From assembly GCA_937897575.1 (NCBI GenBank), contig CALCQG010000067.1:62001-83285 (forward strand): DNA of 21,285 nt, given 5' to 3'. Source of the stretch: an uncultured Synergistales bacterium. Its GTDB lineage: Bacteria; Synergistota; Synergistia; Synergistales; Aminobacteriaceae. This document shows, one piece after another, positions 1-9,499 of this stretch. A program made the translations under genes and the position numbers. Under the pieces are notes generated by a model. It was not told where the DNA came from. It searched no databases and worked only from the letters and a program-made list of their open reading frames with translations. Every line of letters starts with the position of its first letter. The stretch's first letter is position 1.

Positions 1-1
1 A

Positions 2-871
2 GCCTATGAGACGCTGATATACCGTGTCATTACCGAACATGCCAATCGGTCTATAGAGCTGGAGACCGGCGGTGTGCAGGCAATATTCGATGTATCGGAC
101 AACGACATCCCCCGCCTGGAAAAAAACCCCAAGATCAAGGTCGTTCAAGGGCCGGGGTATAAGTTTTCCTATATCACCATGAACATGTCCATTCCCCCGT
201 ACGACAATATCAAGGTCCGGGAGGCCCTGACCATCTCCTTGAACATGCCGGCCATAGTCAAGGCCGTCTACCAGGGTGGCGCGAAGCTGGCCGACAGCCT
301 TATGGCACCCTCTGTGTTCGGATACAGCAAAGTCGGCCCCTACGCCTATGATCCTGAGCGCGCCAAAACGCTTCTCGCCGAAGCCGGATATGAGAACGGT
401 CTCAAGGTCACTATTATGACCAACGAAGACCGGAACTTCATCAATGTTGCAGAGATAGCCCAGAACATGTGGAAAAAGATCGGCGTAGAAACGGATATCC
501 AGATAATGGAGCAGGCGACCCTGCTCTCCATGGCTGCCGAGGGAAAGGTCACCATGAGCATCACCAGCTCCACCCCCACCAGCGGCGATCCTGACCACGC
601 ACTGATGCCGTGGCCTTCGACCTACAAAAGTTTTCTGAGGATCGACAACCCCAAGATCGACGAGTTTCTGACGAAGGGGAAAAGCACATATGATACATCG
701 GAGCGCAAGAAGGTCTATGCGGAAGCGCTCGCCTATATGTGGACTCAGTTCAACATGATCCCCATATGCTTCACGGACGTGGTGTACGCCACTGCCGACA
801 ATGTGGAAAACTTCGAATGCCATCCGGGCAACACCCCAAATTTAGCCAAGGTCACTTTCACACAGAAATAA
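2..871 (+). CDS. ABC transporter substrate-binding protein, family 5 (DppA/OppA-like), 5'-truncated by the window edge
   Basis: The frame is open from position 2 (AYETLIYRVITEHANRSIELETGG...), upstream of the GTG at 74. It has SBP5-type segments PYDNIKVREAL, YDPERAKTLLAEAGY and AEIAQNMWKKIGV, and lies upstream of Dpp-type permeases and ATPases. Confidence 0.9.
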   Translation, partial: AYETLIYRVITEHANRSIELETGGVQAIFDVSDNDIPRLEKNPKIKVVQGPGYKFSYITMNMSIPPYDNIKVREALTISLNMPAIVKAVYQGGAKLADSLMAPSVFGYSKVGPYAYDPERAKTLLAEAGYENGLKVTIMTNEDRNFINVAEIAQNMWKKIGVETDIQIMEQATLLSMAAEGKVTMSITSSTPTSGDPDHALMPWPSTYKSFLRIDNPKIDEFLTKGKSTYDTSERKKVYAEALAYMWTQFNMIPICFTDVVYATADNVENFECHPGNTPNLAKVTFTQK

Positions 872-887
872 AGAGGGCATAGAAAGC

Positions 888-1643
888 ATGAAAAGACTTG
901 TAGTCGCCGAGATGACTTGGCCCGAAGTTCAAAGAGAGCTTGACCATGTGAAGGTAGCAGTGGTACCCGTAGGCTCATGCGAACAGCACGGACCAAACAC
1001 GACGTTCACGACGGACACTGATCGCGCGTATGAGTTCTGCAAGCTTCTGGGGGACCGAGTAGGGGGAAAAATCCTGATTTTCCCCCCTTTCGGCTATGGT
1101 ATATCAATGCATCATATGGATTTCCCGGCAACCGTCACGCTTCGGGTCGAGACGATGATCCACGCCCTGACAGATATCGCCGAGTCCATCGGGAAACATG
1201 GGATAAAAAAGATTCTCTACGTGAATGGACACGGCGGCAACCGTTTCGTATTGGATGCCGTCGTCAATACGCTCAAATATGAATACGGTATAGAAGCCTA
1301 TTGGTCGAGCATGGGGACAAACCTCTCGCGCAAGCAGCTCTCGAAGGAGATGGACATTCCGGACGTCATAGGTCATGCCTGCGAGCTCGAAACATCGCAA
1401 TGCCTATATCTTGCTCCGTGGCTCGTCAAAGATACTCTGGAAGCGGGAGAGATACAAAACGACAGTGCATACGTGCAGCGGCTTTTCAAGGACGGGAACG
1501 CCGCCTGGAGCTGGAGATACGACGTCTCGGCTAACGGAGCCCTCGGAGATGCCAGAAAAGCCACGGCGGAGATCGGGAAGACCATGACGGATATCAGTTT
1601 GGAGTACATGGAAAGGCTGCTTGATGAGATCATACGGCGATAA
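888..1643 (+). CDS. Creatininase/creatinine amidohydrolase family protein
   Basis: Motifs EMTWPEV, PVGSCEQHGP..D, NGHGGN, HACELETS and NGALGD are typical of the family. GAGGG RBS upstream. Confidence 0.9.
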   Translation: MKRLVVAEMTWPEVQRELDHVKVAVVPVGSCEQHGPNTTFTTDTDRAYEFCKLLGDRVGGKILIFPPFGYGISMHHMDFPATVTLRVETMIHALTDIAESIGKHGIKKILYVNGHGGNRFVLDAVVNTLKYEYGIEAYWSSMGTNLSRKQLSKEMDIPDVIGHACELETSQCLYLAPWLVKDTLEAGEIQNDSAYVQRLFKDGNAAWSWRYDVSANGALGDARKATAEIGKTMTDISLEYMERLLDEIIRR

Positions 1644-1668
1644 CTGATCGTCCCAAGGAGTTCAAGAC

Positions 1669-2607
1669 ATGCACAGATATGTTCTTCGACGCGTTGTGAT
1701 GATGATCCCGGTCCTCCTGGGGGTTTCGCTGGTCATATTCACCATGATGTACTTCACTCCGGGCGATCCGGCACGGCTCATCCTGGGGGACACCGCCTCA
1801 GAGGCTGAAGTTGAGGCGCTGAGAGAGGAGATGGGCCTGAACGATACCTTTATCGTTCAATACAGCAGGTATCTGAAGAAGGCCATTGCCCACGGGGATC
1901 TGGGAACCTCCTACGTGACGGGGCGCCCCGTGATCACGGAGATCGTCGCTCGTTTTCCAACGACCATGTTGTTGGCCATGCTGAGCGTCATCGTGTCGGT
2001 ACTCATCGGAATTCCTACGGGCATCATATCGGCGACTAAACAGTATTCCATTTTCGACAACATGGCAATGATTTTCGCACTGTTGGGAGTGTCTATGCCA
2101 AATTTCTGGCAGGGGCTCATCCTTATCATCGTCTTTTCGCTCCATCTCGGGTGGTTGCCGGCCTCCGGTTTCTATGGACCATCCTATTGGATTCTGCCAG
2201 CGCTGACCATCGGAACCGGTACCGCCGCCACCATAACAAGAATGACCCGTTCCAGCATGCTGGAGGTTATCAGGCAGGATTACATACGGACAGCACGAGC
2301 CAAGGGGCAGAGTGAAATCGTGGTCATCCTGAAACATGCGTTGAAAAATGCGTTAATCCCCATTATCACTGTTATAGGGCTTCAGTTTGGACGCGGCCTC
2401 GGCGGGGCCATTCTTACCGAGTCCATCTTTTCCATCCCTGGGTTGGGGAAACTCATGGTGGACTCGATAAAGGCCAGGAATTACCCCGTCGTGCAGGGCG
2501 GTGTGCTTTTCATAGCCGTCATGTTCAGCTTTATCAACCTGTTGGTGGATATACTCTACGCATATGCCGATCCGCGCATCAAATCCCAGTATAGAAGGCG
2601 CTCTTAA
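1669..2607 (+). CDS. Peptide/nickel ABC transporter permease (DppB/OppB-like)
   Basis: PGDPA, GDLGTS and the EAA loop QDYIRTARAKG...KHALKNAL, plus TESIFSIPGLG and DPRIK. AAGGAG RBS upstream. Confidence 0.93.
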   Translation: MHRYVLRRVVMMIPVLLGVSLVIFTMMYFTPGDPARLILGDTASEAEVEALREEMGLNDTFIVQYSRYLKKAIAHGDLGTSYVTGRPVITEIVARFPTTMLLAMLSVIVSVLIGIPTGIISATKQYSIFDNMAMIFALLGVSMPNFWQGLILIIVFSLHLGWLPASGFYGPSYWILPALTIGTGTAATITRMTRSSMLEVIRQDYIRTARAKGQSEIVVILKHALKNALIPIITVIGLQFGRGLGGAILTESIFSIPGLGKLMVDSIKARNYPVVQGGVLFIAVMFSFINLLVDILYAYADPRIKSQYRRRS

Positions 2608-2640
2608 AACTCACGAGTAGAAAGACGTGGAGGCAGCGGT

Positions 2641-3540
2641 ATGAACGAACTGAGAGCTCACGAAGCACTTCCGGAAAGCGATAGGATGGTTCGCAGAAAA
2701 AAAAGCCAGTTGCGTGAAACATGGAGGAGAATGCTGAAAAACAAGGCCTCCCTGGTCGGGCTGACTATTATCGTATTGTTTGCCTTCATGGCCATCTTTG
2801 CCGACCACATCGCTCCCTACCATTATGATGAACAAAAACTTGAGGATGCATTTCTCAAACCCAGCAGGGACCACTGGCTCGGCACCGACAACTTTGGTCG
2901 CGACATTCTGAGCCGTATCATTTACGGCGCGCGCATATCTCTCCAGATCGGGTTGATCTCCGTAGGAATCGGGGTGGCGGTGGGGGGGTCCCTTGGAGCG
3001 TTCGCTGCATACTACGGAGGGTACACGGATAATGCCATCATGCGCTTTATCGATGTCTTGCTCGCCATCCCCAATATTGTACTCGCCATATCCATATCCG
3101 CCGCGTTGGGGCCAGGGCTTGTCAACGCAATGATAGCCGTCGGCATCGGAACAGTTCCGATATACGCCCGAGTGGTGCGCGCTTCGGTTATGACAGTCAA
3201 GGAGCAGGAGTTTGTCGAGGCTGCCCGTTGCATAGGTGCAAAAACACCTCGTATCCTGCTCAGGCATATTCTCCCGAATGCCATGGCGCCCATAATCGTT
3301 CAGGCCACACTGGGAGTTGCGACAGCCATCCTTGCAGCGGCCGGGCTGAGTTTCATAGGGCTCGGCATTCAGCCCCCGACCCCCGAGTGGGGGGCCATGC
3401 TCTCCGCCGGCAGACAGTATATCCGCGATCATTGGCATATCGTGACATTCCCGGGTCTTGCAATAATGCTGACCATCTTCGCACTCAACCTTCTGGGCGA
3501 CGGGTTGCGCGATGCGTTAGACCCCCGACTGAAACGATAG
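2641..3540 (+). CDS. Peptide/nickel ABC transporter permease (DppC/OppC-like)
   Basis: HWLGTDNFGRDILSRIIYGARISL, EFVEAARCIGA...HILPN, PPTPEWGAML and NLLGDGLRDALDP. GGAGG RBS upstream. Confidence 0.93.
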   Translation: MNELRAHEALPESDRMVRRKKSQLRETWRRMLKNKASLVGLTIIVLFAFMAIFADHIAPYHYDEQKLEDAFLKPSRDHWLGTDNFGRDILSRIIYGARISLQIGLISVGIGVAVGGSLGAFAAYYGGYTDNAIMRFIDVLLAIPNIVLAISISAALGPGLVNAMIAVGIGTVPIYARVVRASVMTVKEQEFVEAARCIGAKTPRILLRHILPNAMAPIIVQATLGVATAILAAAGLSFIGLGIQPPTPEWGAMLSAGRQYIRDHWHIVTFPGLAIMLTIFALNLLGDGLRDALDPRLKR

Positions 3541-3553
3541 ACTGGAGGATTCT

Positions 3554-4534
3554 ATGAACAACGCTACGCCACTGCTCCATGTCAAAAACCTCCACGTCCG
3601 CTACACTACTGATGAAGGGACCGTCCATGCCGTCAACGGGGTGGACCTCGTCATGAAAAAGGGCGAGACGCTGGGTTTGGTGGGTGAGACAGGGGCTGGA
3701 AAGACCACAACGGCACTCAGCATTCTGCGGCTTATCCCTGACCCCCCGGGAGAGATCACATCCGGAGAGATTCTGTTCGACGGGCACGATCTCGTTCCAT
3801 ACTCCGCCATGAAGATGCGTAAAGTACGGGGCAACCATATATCCATGATTTTCCAAGACCCCATGACGGCGCTCAATCCCGTGCTGACAATCGGTGACCA
3901 GATATCGGAGGTCATACGGCTTCACGACAGGCTTTCGCGGTCTGAAGCCTACGGGAAGGCAACGCGCATGCTCGAGCTGGTGGGAATACCGGCGGATCGC
4001 ATGGGAGAATACCCGCACCAGTTTTCCGGGGGCATGAAACAACGTGTGGTCATTGCGATCGCGCTGGTATGCAATCCCCTTCTTCTGATCGCCGACGAAC
4101 CCACCACGGCACTGGATGTGACTATACAGGCCCAGGTACTGGAGCTGATGCAGAACCTCAGGACAGAACTGGGAACATCCATGATGCTCATAACTCATGA
4201 TCTCGGAGTTGTGGCCAAAATCTGCGATACGGTGGCAATAATGTACGCGGGGGAGATCGTGGAGTACGGGACTTTACAAGAGGTCTACAACAATACGCGC
4301 CACCCCTACACCAAGGGGTTGTTCGGATCGATCCCCAAGATCGATGTGCGGGAGCGTCGCCTGAAGCCCATTCCCGGGCTGATGCCGGACCCTACGCACC
4401 TGCCTCAAGGGTGTTCATTTCATCCCCGGTGCCCCTTCTGCACAGATCAATGTAGGCACAAGAAGCCGGAAAACGTTCTCCTGTACGGCGACCACTTCGC
4501 AAAATGCTACTACGCAGAGGATGGCCTTCAATGA
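3554..4534 (+). CDS. Oligopeptide ABC transporter ATP-binding protein (DppD/OppD-like)
   Basis: Walker A GETGAGKT, signature FSGGMKQR, Walker B LLIADEPTTALD, and the C-terminal HPYT..GCSFHPRC domain. Confidence 0.93.
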   Translation: MNNATPLLHVKNLHVRYTTDEGTVHAVNGVDLVMKKGETLGLVGETGAGKTTTALSILRLIPDPPGEITSGEILFDGHDLVPYSAMKMRKVRGNHISMIFQDPMTALNPVLTIGDQISEVIRLHDRLSRSEAYGKATRMLELVGIPADRMGEYPHQFSGGMKQRVVIAIALVCNPLLLIADEPTTALDVTIQAQVLELMQNLRTELGTSMMLITHDLGVVAKICDTVAIMYAGEIVEYGTLQEVYNNTRHPYTKGLFGSIPKIDVRERRLKPIPGLMPDPTHLPQGCSFHPRCPFCTDQCRHKKPENVLLYGDHFAKCYYAEDGLQ

Positions 4535-5487
4535 AAGAGCTCGTGACAGTCAAGTATTTGAAGAAATATTTCAGCACTCCCAAAGGGATGCTCCATGCCG
4601 TTGACGATGTAAGTTTCGGCATAGAGAGAGGCAAGACTCTTGGTGTGGTCGGAGAGTCCGGTTGCGGTAAATCGACTCTTGGAAGAGTGCTGTTGAATCT
4701 CCTCGAACCGACCTCCGGGGAGGTCTGGTTCGAAGGGGAAAATGTGGCGGCAGCAAAGGGGAAAAGGTTATGGGAGCTCCATCAGGATATGCAGATGATC
4801 TTCCAGGACCCCTACTCCTCTCTGAATCCCCGCATGTCCATCAGCGAAACTATCGCCGAACCCCTCCAGATATACAGCGTGTACGAATCCGTCCGGGAGC
4901 TTGACGAGCGCGTCGACGAACTTATGGACATCGTGGGGCTTGCCAGACGCCTCTACAATGTATACCCTCACGAACTCGACGGAGGGCGAAGGCAGCGGGT
5001 CGGCATCGCGAGGGCATTGGCGCTCAACCCCAAATTTATCGTATGCGACGAACCGGTCTCGGCCCTTGACGTGTCCATTCAGGCGCAGATCATCAACCTG
5101 ATGCAGGATCTTCAGGAACAGAACCATCTCACCTATCTCTTCATCACCCATGATCTTTCCGTGGTTCGCCATATCGCCGACGATGTCCTCGTCATGTACC
5201 TCGGTCAGATCGTAGAACAGTGCGCTGTGGAGGACTTGTTCCTCAACCAGTACCACCCGTACACTAAGGCCCTCCTCTCGGCCATCGCCCTGCCCCGAGT
5301 GGGTGAACAGAAAAAGCGCATCGCCCTCAAAGGGGAGATCGCGTCCCCGATCAACCCCGCTCCGGGATGCCGGTTTGCGCCGCGATGCATGTACTCCGTC
5401 GAGCAGTGTACAGTGAAGCAGCCGCAGCTTCGTGAGGTGGCCCCGGGTCACTTCGTCGCCTGCGACTTCGCGGAGGAGATTTCATGA
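4531..5487 (+). CDS. Oligopeptide ABC transporter ATP-binding protein (DppF/OppF-like)
   Basis: Walker A GESGCGKS, signature variant LDGGRRQR, CDEPVSALD and HPYT...GCRFAPRC. Start placed at the ATG at 4531, which forms an ATGA overlap with the previous stop. Confidence 0.92.
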   Translation: MKELVTVKYLKKYFSTPKGMLHAVDDVSFGIERGKTLGVVGESGCGKSTLGRVLLNLLEPTSGEVWFEGENVAAAKGKRLWELHQDMQMIFQDPYSSLNPRMSISETIAEPLQIYSVYESVRELDERVDELMDIVGLARRLYNVYPHELDGGRRQRVGIARALALNPKFIVCDEPVSALDVSIQAQIINLMQDLQEQNHLTYLFITHDLSVVRHIADDVLVMYLGQIVEQCAVEDLFLNQYHPYTKALLSAIALPRVGEQKKRIALKGEIASPINPAPGCRFAPRCMYSVEQCTVKQPQLREVAPGHFVACDFAEEIS

Positions 5488-6197
5488 ACGGAGCGATACT
5501 GCTTACTGGAGCGCAGTACCAAACAAAGAGCGGATGGGATGCTTTCTCTCTGAATAAAAATTATGCGGAGGCGGTGCGGCGATGCGACGCCCTGCCACTT
5601 CTTGCGGTGGACGGCAAGAGTGCAGATGACTATGCGTCCATGGCCGACGGACTCATCCTGACGGGAGGAGCGGACATATCCCCCGCAATGTACGGAGAGA
5701 GCGAGCTCCACCGTTGCACCCACGTCTCTCCCTTGCGAGACGAAATGGAACTTTCTCTGTTGCGCAGTTTCCTCAGCGCGAAGAAGCCTATCTTGGGAAT
5801 CTGCCGGGGCCTTCAGCTGCTCAATGTTTTTTTCGGAGGGACCCTTTGGCCGCATCTGTCGGATAACATCGGGGAGAGCCACGAACAGAGCGTACATGCT
5901 GTCAGTATCGTGTCCGATAGTATTTTAGGGGATCTTTTCGGGTCTCATGCCCTTGTGAACAGCTATCATCACCAAGGCATCCGAACTCTGGGCAGCAATC
6001 TCCGGCCATTGGCATACTCGCAAGCCAACGGCAAGAACACTCTTGTGGAAGCCTTCATCCATGAAAAGCGAAATATCCTGGCAGTACAGTGGCACCCCGA
6101 ACGAATGCTCGATGGTGCCAATACTCCCTGCATGCTTCCTTTATTCAGATGGTTTGTCGAACAAACCTCCGGTGATTCCCTACGCCCTCGAGAATGA
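5484..6197 (+). CDS. Peptidase C26 / gamma-glutamyl-gamma-aminobutyrate hydrolase (PuuD)-like class I glutamine amidotransferase-fold protein
   Basis: DGLILTGGADISP, nucleophile motif PILGICRGLQ, VNSYHHQG and catalytic VQWHPE. ATGA overlap with the upstream ATPase. Confidence 0.9.
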   Translation: MNGAILLTGAQYQTKSGWDAFSLNKNYAEAVRRCDALPLLAVDGKSADDYASMADGLILTGGADISPAMYGESELHRCTHVSPLRDEMELSLLRSFLSAKKPILGICRGLQLLNVFFGGTLWPHLSDNIGESHEQSVHAVSIVSDSILGDLFGSHALVNSYHHQGIRTLGSNLRPLAYSQANGKNTLVEAFIHEKRNILAVQWHPERMLDGANTPCMLPLFRWFVEQTSGDSLRPRE

Positions 6198-6241
6198 AGT
6201 TGCCCGATAGGAATTGATGGCTCCTTCACAAGGGAGACAGC

Positions 6242-6817
6242 TCAGATTTTTGTCCCCGGCACCTTCCTGCTCATGTCGTACCCCAGTTCGTAGTAGTGGT
6301 TGCCGTTGAAATCGAAGGTCTTGAGGAGCTCCATGCCGACCTTGCGCGTATGGGCGTCGTAGGAGCGGGGGTTGATCTGGTTAATGAAGGTGATCATGAC
6401 GGGGTATCGGGACGCCATCTGTCGGCGGGAGAACTCGAAGATATGCTCCAACACTCCTCGTCCCCGGTACTCCTTGTCGATGCAGACCGGCCCGTACTGG
6501 TAGGAGTTCTCCGTGGAAAGCACCCGGCCCAGGTACTCTATGTTCGGCAGGTCGGCGATCATGTGTTGGAACAGGGGCCAGACGGACCAGTACCCCCACG
6601 ACGCCGCCATGGCGTAGGAGATGATCCTGTCGCCGTCGCACGCAATGGCCAGGCCGTTTTCCTCTCTTATGAGGGACAGGAACTGTTCCGGAGTGAACAG
6701 CGTGGTCACGAAGCCATCGGCCTTGTCCTCTTCGGGAATCGTCGAGACGTGATACCGCTTCTGCAGTTCGCCGACGCCGGCCAGATCTTCCGGCGCCGCA
6801 TTCCGATAGGTGATCAT
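6242..6817 (-). CDS. GNAT family N-acetyltransferase
   Basis: Acetyl-CoA binding motif VCIDKEYRGRG and N..S...H. Start placed at MITYRNA (ATG at 6817) behind a GGAGGGGG RBS; the longer ORF-track start is unlikely. Confidence 0.82.
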   Translation of the reverse strand: MITYRNAAPEDLAGVGELQKRYHVSTIPEEDKADGFVTTLFTPEQFLSLIREENGLAIACDGDRIISYAMAASWGYWSVWPLFQHMIADLPNIEYLGRVLSTENSYQYGPVCIDKEYRGRGVLEHIFEFSRRQMASRYPVMITFINQINPRSYDAHTRKVGMELLKTFDFNGNHYYELGYDMSRKVPGTKI

Positions 6818-6954
6818 AGGTGAACCCCCTCCGTGATCTCCCTCGACACCGTTGAGCGGATTGGATGCAGATTTTCCTCTCCCGCCCGGTGAAGGGGTCG
6901 TATCTCTTTTAGAAACATGATACAGAGAAATGAGAATGCGTCTGCTCGCTTTGG

Positions 6955-6963
6955 ATTGTACCA
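6955..6963 (-). promoter_or_regulatory. Possible extended -10 promoter element (TGGTACAAT) for the GNAT gene
   Basis: TGnTACAAT on the minus strand about 140 bp upstream of the 6817 start. The same 9-mer precedes cas3. No good -35 element is visible. Confidence 0.3.
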
Positions 6964-7120
6964 AAAAATCGATCGCCAAATACAGCGATCACGGCCCAAC
7001 TGACCAGTCCAGACATCATGGGATCGGCGTTCCCAAGGTCCATGTCCTGAGCGGAAGCTGTACGGGCACTTCAAGCTGGTAGCCTTTCCATAGGTCGATC
7101 CTCAAAGGAACCGAGAACTA

Positions 7121-7164
7121 CAGAAAAGCGCCCCTCGTTCTTCAGGTCGAGGGGCGCTTTTCTG
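7121..7164. terminator. Rho-independent terminator, potentially bidirectional
   Basis: Perfect 17-bp inverted repeat CAGAAAAGCGCCCCTCG / CGAGGGGCGCTTTTCTG with a 10-nt loop, about 40 bp downstream of the M20 peptidase fragment stop. Confidence 0.8.
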
Positions 7165-7204
7165 CAACAGTCATCCCTTCCGACAGAACCCGATGGGGCG
7201 CTTT

Positions 7205-7525
7205 TTACTGGCTCACGCCTCCGAGGGTTGCCATAGCCCGGGCGAGAACCTTGGTCGCCTCCATCATGCCGTCGATTGAAAGGCGCTCGTTCGGCTCGTG
7301 CATGCCCGCTCCGCCGTCAATCCCCCATGCCGCCATCCTGTAGCCGAAGGGAGTTCCCTTATCATCCACAGGTTCGTTGCGCCAAGCGCTGGCGTAGGTT
7401 CCCCCGTAGGTGATCACCGGCTCGAGGTCTTTGCCCGTGACGTCCGCGTAGGCTTTGCGCAGTGTGACGACGATCTCCGAATCCCACGGGATGGTATACG
7501 GTTTCCCGCCGCCGATGACATGCAC
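7205..7525 (-). pseudogene. 3' remnant (~106 codons) of an M20 family metallopeptidase (PepV/DapE/ArgE-like)
   Basis: Translation PYTIPWDSEIVVTLRKAYADVTG...TYGGTYA...MHEPNERLSIDGMMEATKVLARAM matches the M20 C-terminus (GGT-x-A and the H-x-P-N-E metal ligand). The N-terminal catalytic region is absent. The 5' boundary is approximate. Confidence 0.72.
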
Positions 7526-7613
7526 TTCTTTTCTTTCACGAGATCCTTCATGAACAGCGCCGCAGTGCCTCTTCGGAAAACCGCAAGGCCGACTGGCTGA
7601 CGACTCTTCCGGT

Positions 7614-8270
7614 TTATTCGTTGAGTTCTTGAGCCGCCCGTTCGAAGATTCTCTGGCTCTCCTGAACCTTTTTCTCCTTCGGCGGGAACCCCCTGTCGAA
7701 GACCTCCGCGTCCGCCGGATCCGCGTCGTAGACATCACTGAAGACGACGGTCCCAGCCACGCCGTCCAGGGCGCCGTCGAAGAGAGGGAGGGCCATAAAG
7801 CCCCTGTAGTATCTGCCGTCGGGCATGGCGATGCCCCACCGCTTTGCGCCGATGAAGCCGTAGGGCTCGTAGTGGTGCGGGTACCCCAGGATGAGGATCG
7901 CCCTGTGCCCGAGTCGCCGCGCCTCGTCGATGGAGTGGGTGATGAGAGCCCGTCCAAGGCCCTGCCGGTGCAGCTGGGGCGCGATACTTACCGGTCCGAA
8001 GGTGACGGTGTCATGCTCCCATCCGTCAGGGGAACGTACTTTCGACGCCGTATAAAAGATGCTGCCCACCACGGCACCGTCCCGCTCGATCACGAAGGAG
8101 AGCTCGGGGATGCAGTCGCGGTGCGTTCGTATTCTGTGGACGAGCAGATGCTCGACGCATCCGGGGGCGTAGAGATTCCAGAAGGCGTCCCGGGTGATCT
8201 CCTCCACCCGCCGCTCGTCCTCGGACCGCTCGCGGCGGACTCGAACCGTTATCGCCTGGTCCGCAATCAT
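7614..8270 (-). CDS. GNAT family N-acetyltransferase (YhbS-like)
   Basis: TRDAFWNLYAPGCVEH, FGPVSIAPQLHRQGLGRALI and ILGYPHHYEPYGF. The ATG at 8270 overlaps the stop of the reductase (ATGA). Confidence 0.87.
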   Translation of the reverse strand: MIADQAITVRVRRERSEDERRVEEITRDAFWNLYAPGCVEHLLVHRIRTHRDCIPELSFVIERDGAVVGSIFYTASKVRSPDGWEHDTVTFGPVSIAPQLHRQGLGRALITHSIDEARRLGHRAILILGYPHHYEPYGFIGAKRWGIAMPDGRYYRGFMALPLFDGALDGVAGTVVFSDVYDADPADAEVFDRGFPPKEKKVQESQRIFERAAQELNE

Positions 8271-9394
8271 TCCGCCTTTTCGTCGAAGATGGCGGCCGCC
8301 TTCTTCAGCTCCTCGATGACGGCGATGTGCTGGGGGCAGACGGCCTCGCACTGGCCGCACTCGATGCAAGTGCTGGCCGTGGTGCCCTTTCGCGTGGCGA
8401 ACCAGTAGCTCCTCTTCGCGGGAGCAAACGTCTCGAACACCGTGAAGCTGTTCAGCGCGCTGAAGATGTCGGGGATGGGGATGTCCTTGGGGCAGCCCTT
8501 CACGCAGTACCGGCACGCCGTGCATGGGACCGTGGGGATGGCCTCGAGAAGGGTCCGCGCCTGCTCCACCACCGCCCGCTCGCCATCGTCGAGAGGTTTG
8601 AAGTTCGCCATGGTGGCGATGTTGTCCTCCATCTGGGCCATGTCGGACATGCCGCTCAGCACGGTGACGAGGCCGGGGAGGGACGCGGCGAAGCGCAGGG
8701 CCCAGGAGGCGAAGGACGCCTCGGGGTTGGCCCTCTTCAGGATGTCGGCGACCTGGGCCGGTGGGTTCGCCAGCATGCCGCCCTTGACGGGTTCCATGAT
8801 GACCACGGGTTTCCCGTGGGCCCGGGCGACCTCGAAGCACCGTCGGGACTGGACGGTGACGCTCTCCCAGTCGGCGTAGTTGATCTGAAGCTGGACGAAC
8901 TCCGCCTCGGGGTGTTCCGTCAGGACGGCATCCAGTGCCTCGGCCTTGTCGTGCATGGAGAAGCCCAGGTGTTTGATGAGCCCCTTCTCCTTCAGCTCTC
9001 GGGCAAAGTCCCAGATGCCGAAGTCGTCGAAGGCCTTGGTACGGGTGTCTCCCAGGTTGTGAAGCAGGTAGAAGTCGAAGTACCCGGCGCCCGTCCGTTC
9101 GAGGGAGGTCCAGAACATCTGTTTCGCTTCCTTGGCATTGTCCGCAATCCACGCAGGGAGCTTCGTGACGAGCTGAAAGGTCTCCCGTGGGTGGCGGTCG
9201 ACGATCGCGGTCTTGGCCGCCGCCTCGGACTCGCCGTCGTTGTACCCGTAGGCCGTGTCGAAATAGGTGAAACCCGCCTCAAGGAAGCGGTCCGCCATCT
9301 CCTTCACCTGTTCCACATCGATGGAATCGCCCTTCATGGGCAGACGCATGAGGCCGAAGCCGAGTTTCGGTATATTCTCTCCAAGGTAGGTCAT
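8267..9394 (-). CDS. Aldo/keto reductase with C-terminal 4Fe-4S dicluster domain
   Basis: KLGFGLMRLP, YFDTAYGY, YFDFYLLH and MEPVKGG. C-terminal CTACRYCxxxCP and CIECGQCEAVCPQH. Start at MTYLG with a GGAGGG RBS. Confidence 0.9.
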   Translation of the reverse strand: MTYLGENIPKLGFGLMRLPMKGDSIDVEQVKEMADRFLEAGFTYFDTAYGYNDGESEAAAKTAIVDRHPRETFQLVTKLPAWIADNAKEAKQMFWTSLERTGAGYFDFYLLHNLGDTRTKAFDDFGIWDFARELKEKGLIKHLGFSMHDKAEALDAVLTEHPEAEFVQLQINYADWESVTVQSRRCFEVARAHGKPVVIMEPVKGGMLANPPAQVADILKRANPEASFASWALRFAASLPGLVTVLSGMSDMAQMEDNIATMANFKPLDDGERAVVEQARTLLEAIPTVPCTACRYCVKGCPKDIPIPDIFSALNSFTVFETFAPAKRSYWFATRKGTTASTCIECGQCEAVCPQHIAVIEELKKAAAIFDEKAE

Positions 9395-9499
9395 TCTTTT
9401 CCCTCCGTGTTCACGATTTTTCCTCGCGGGGCGACTGCGCGCACCCGGCGGGGTCTCCGACTGGATAGTCCGTTCGAGCGATCGGCGGGGCATCGGTCG

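Noticed and set aside
4975..4995. LDGG instead of LSGG in the second ATPase signature
   Set aside because: As far as I recall, this variant occurs in other OppF/DppF-like proteins. All other motifs are intact, so it is not evidence of inactivation.
7526..7957. N-terminal extension of the 250-aa ORF 7205..7957
   Set aside because: It overlaps the GNAT gene in another frame and is low-complexity S/T/R sequence; only the last ~106 codons resemble M20 peptidases.
7614..9152. 512-aa ORF suggesting a long GNAT fusion
   Set aside because: The N-terminal ~290 aa is an Arg/Gly/Pro-rich alternative frame of the AKR gene. The real GNAT starts at the ATG at 8270 (ATGA coupling).
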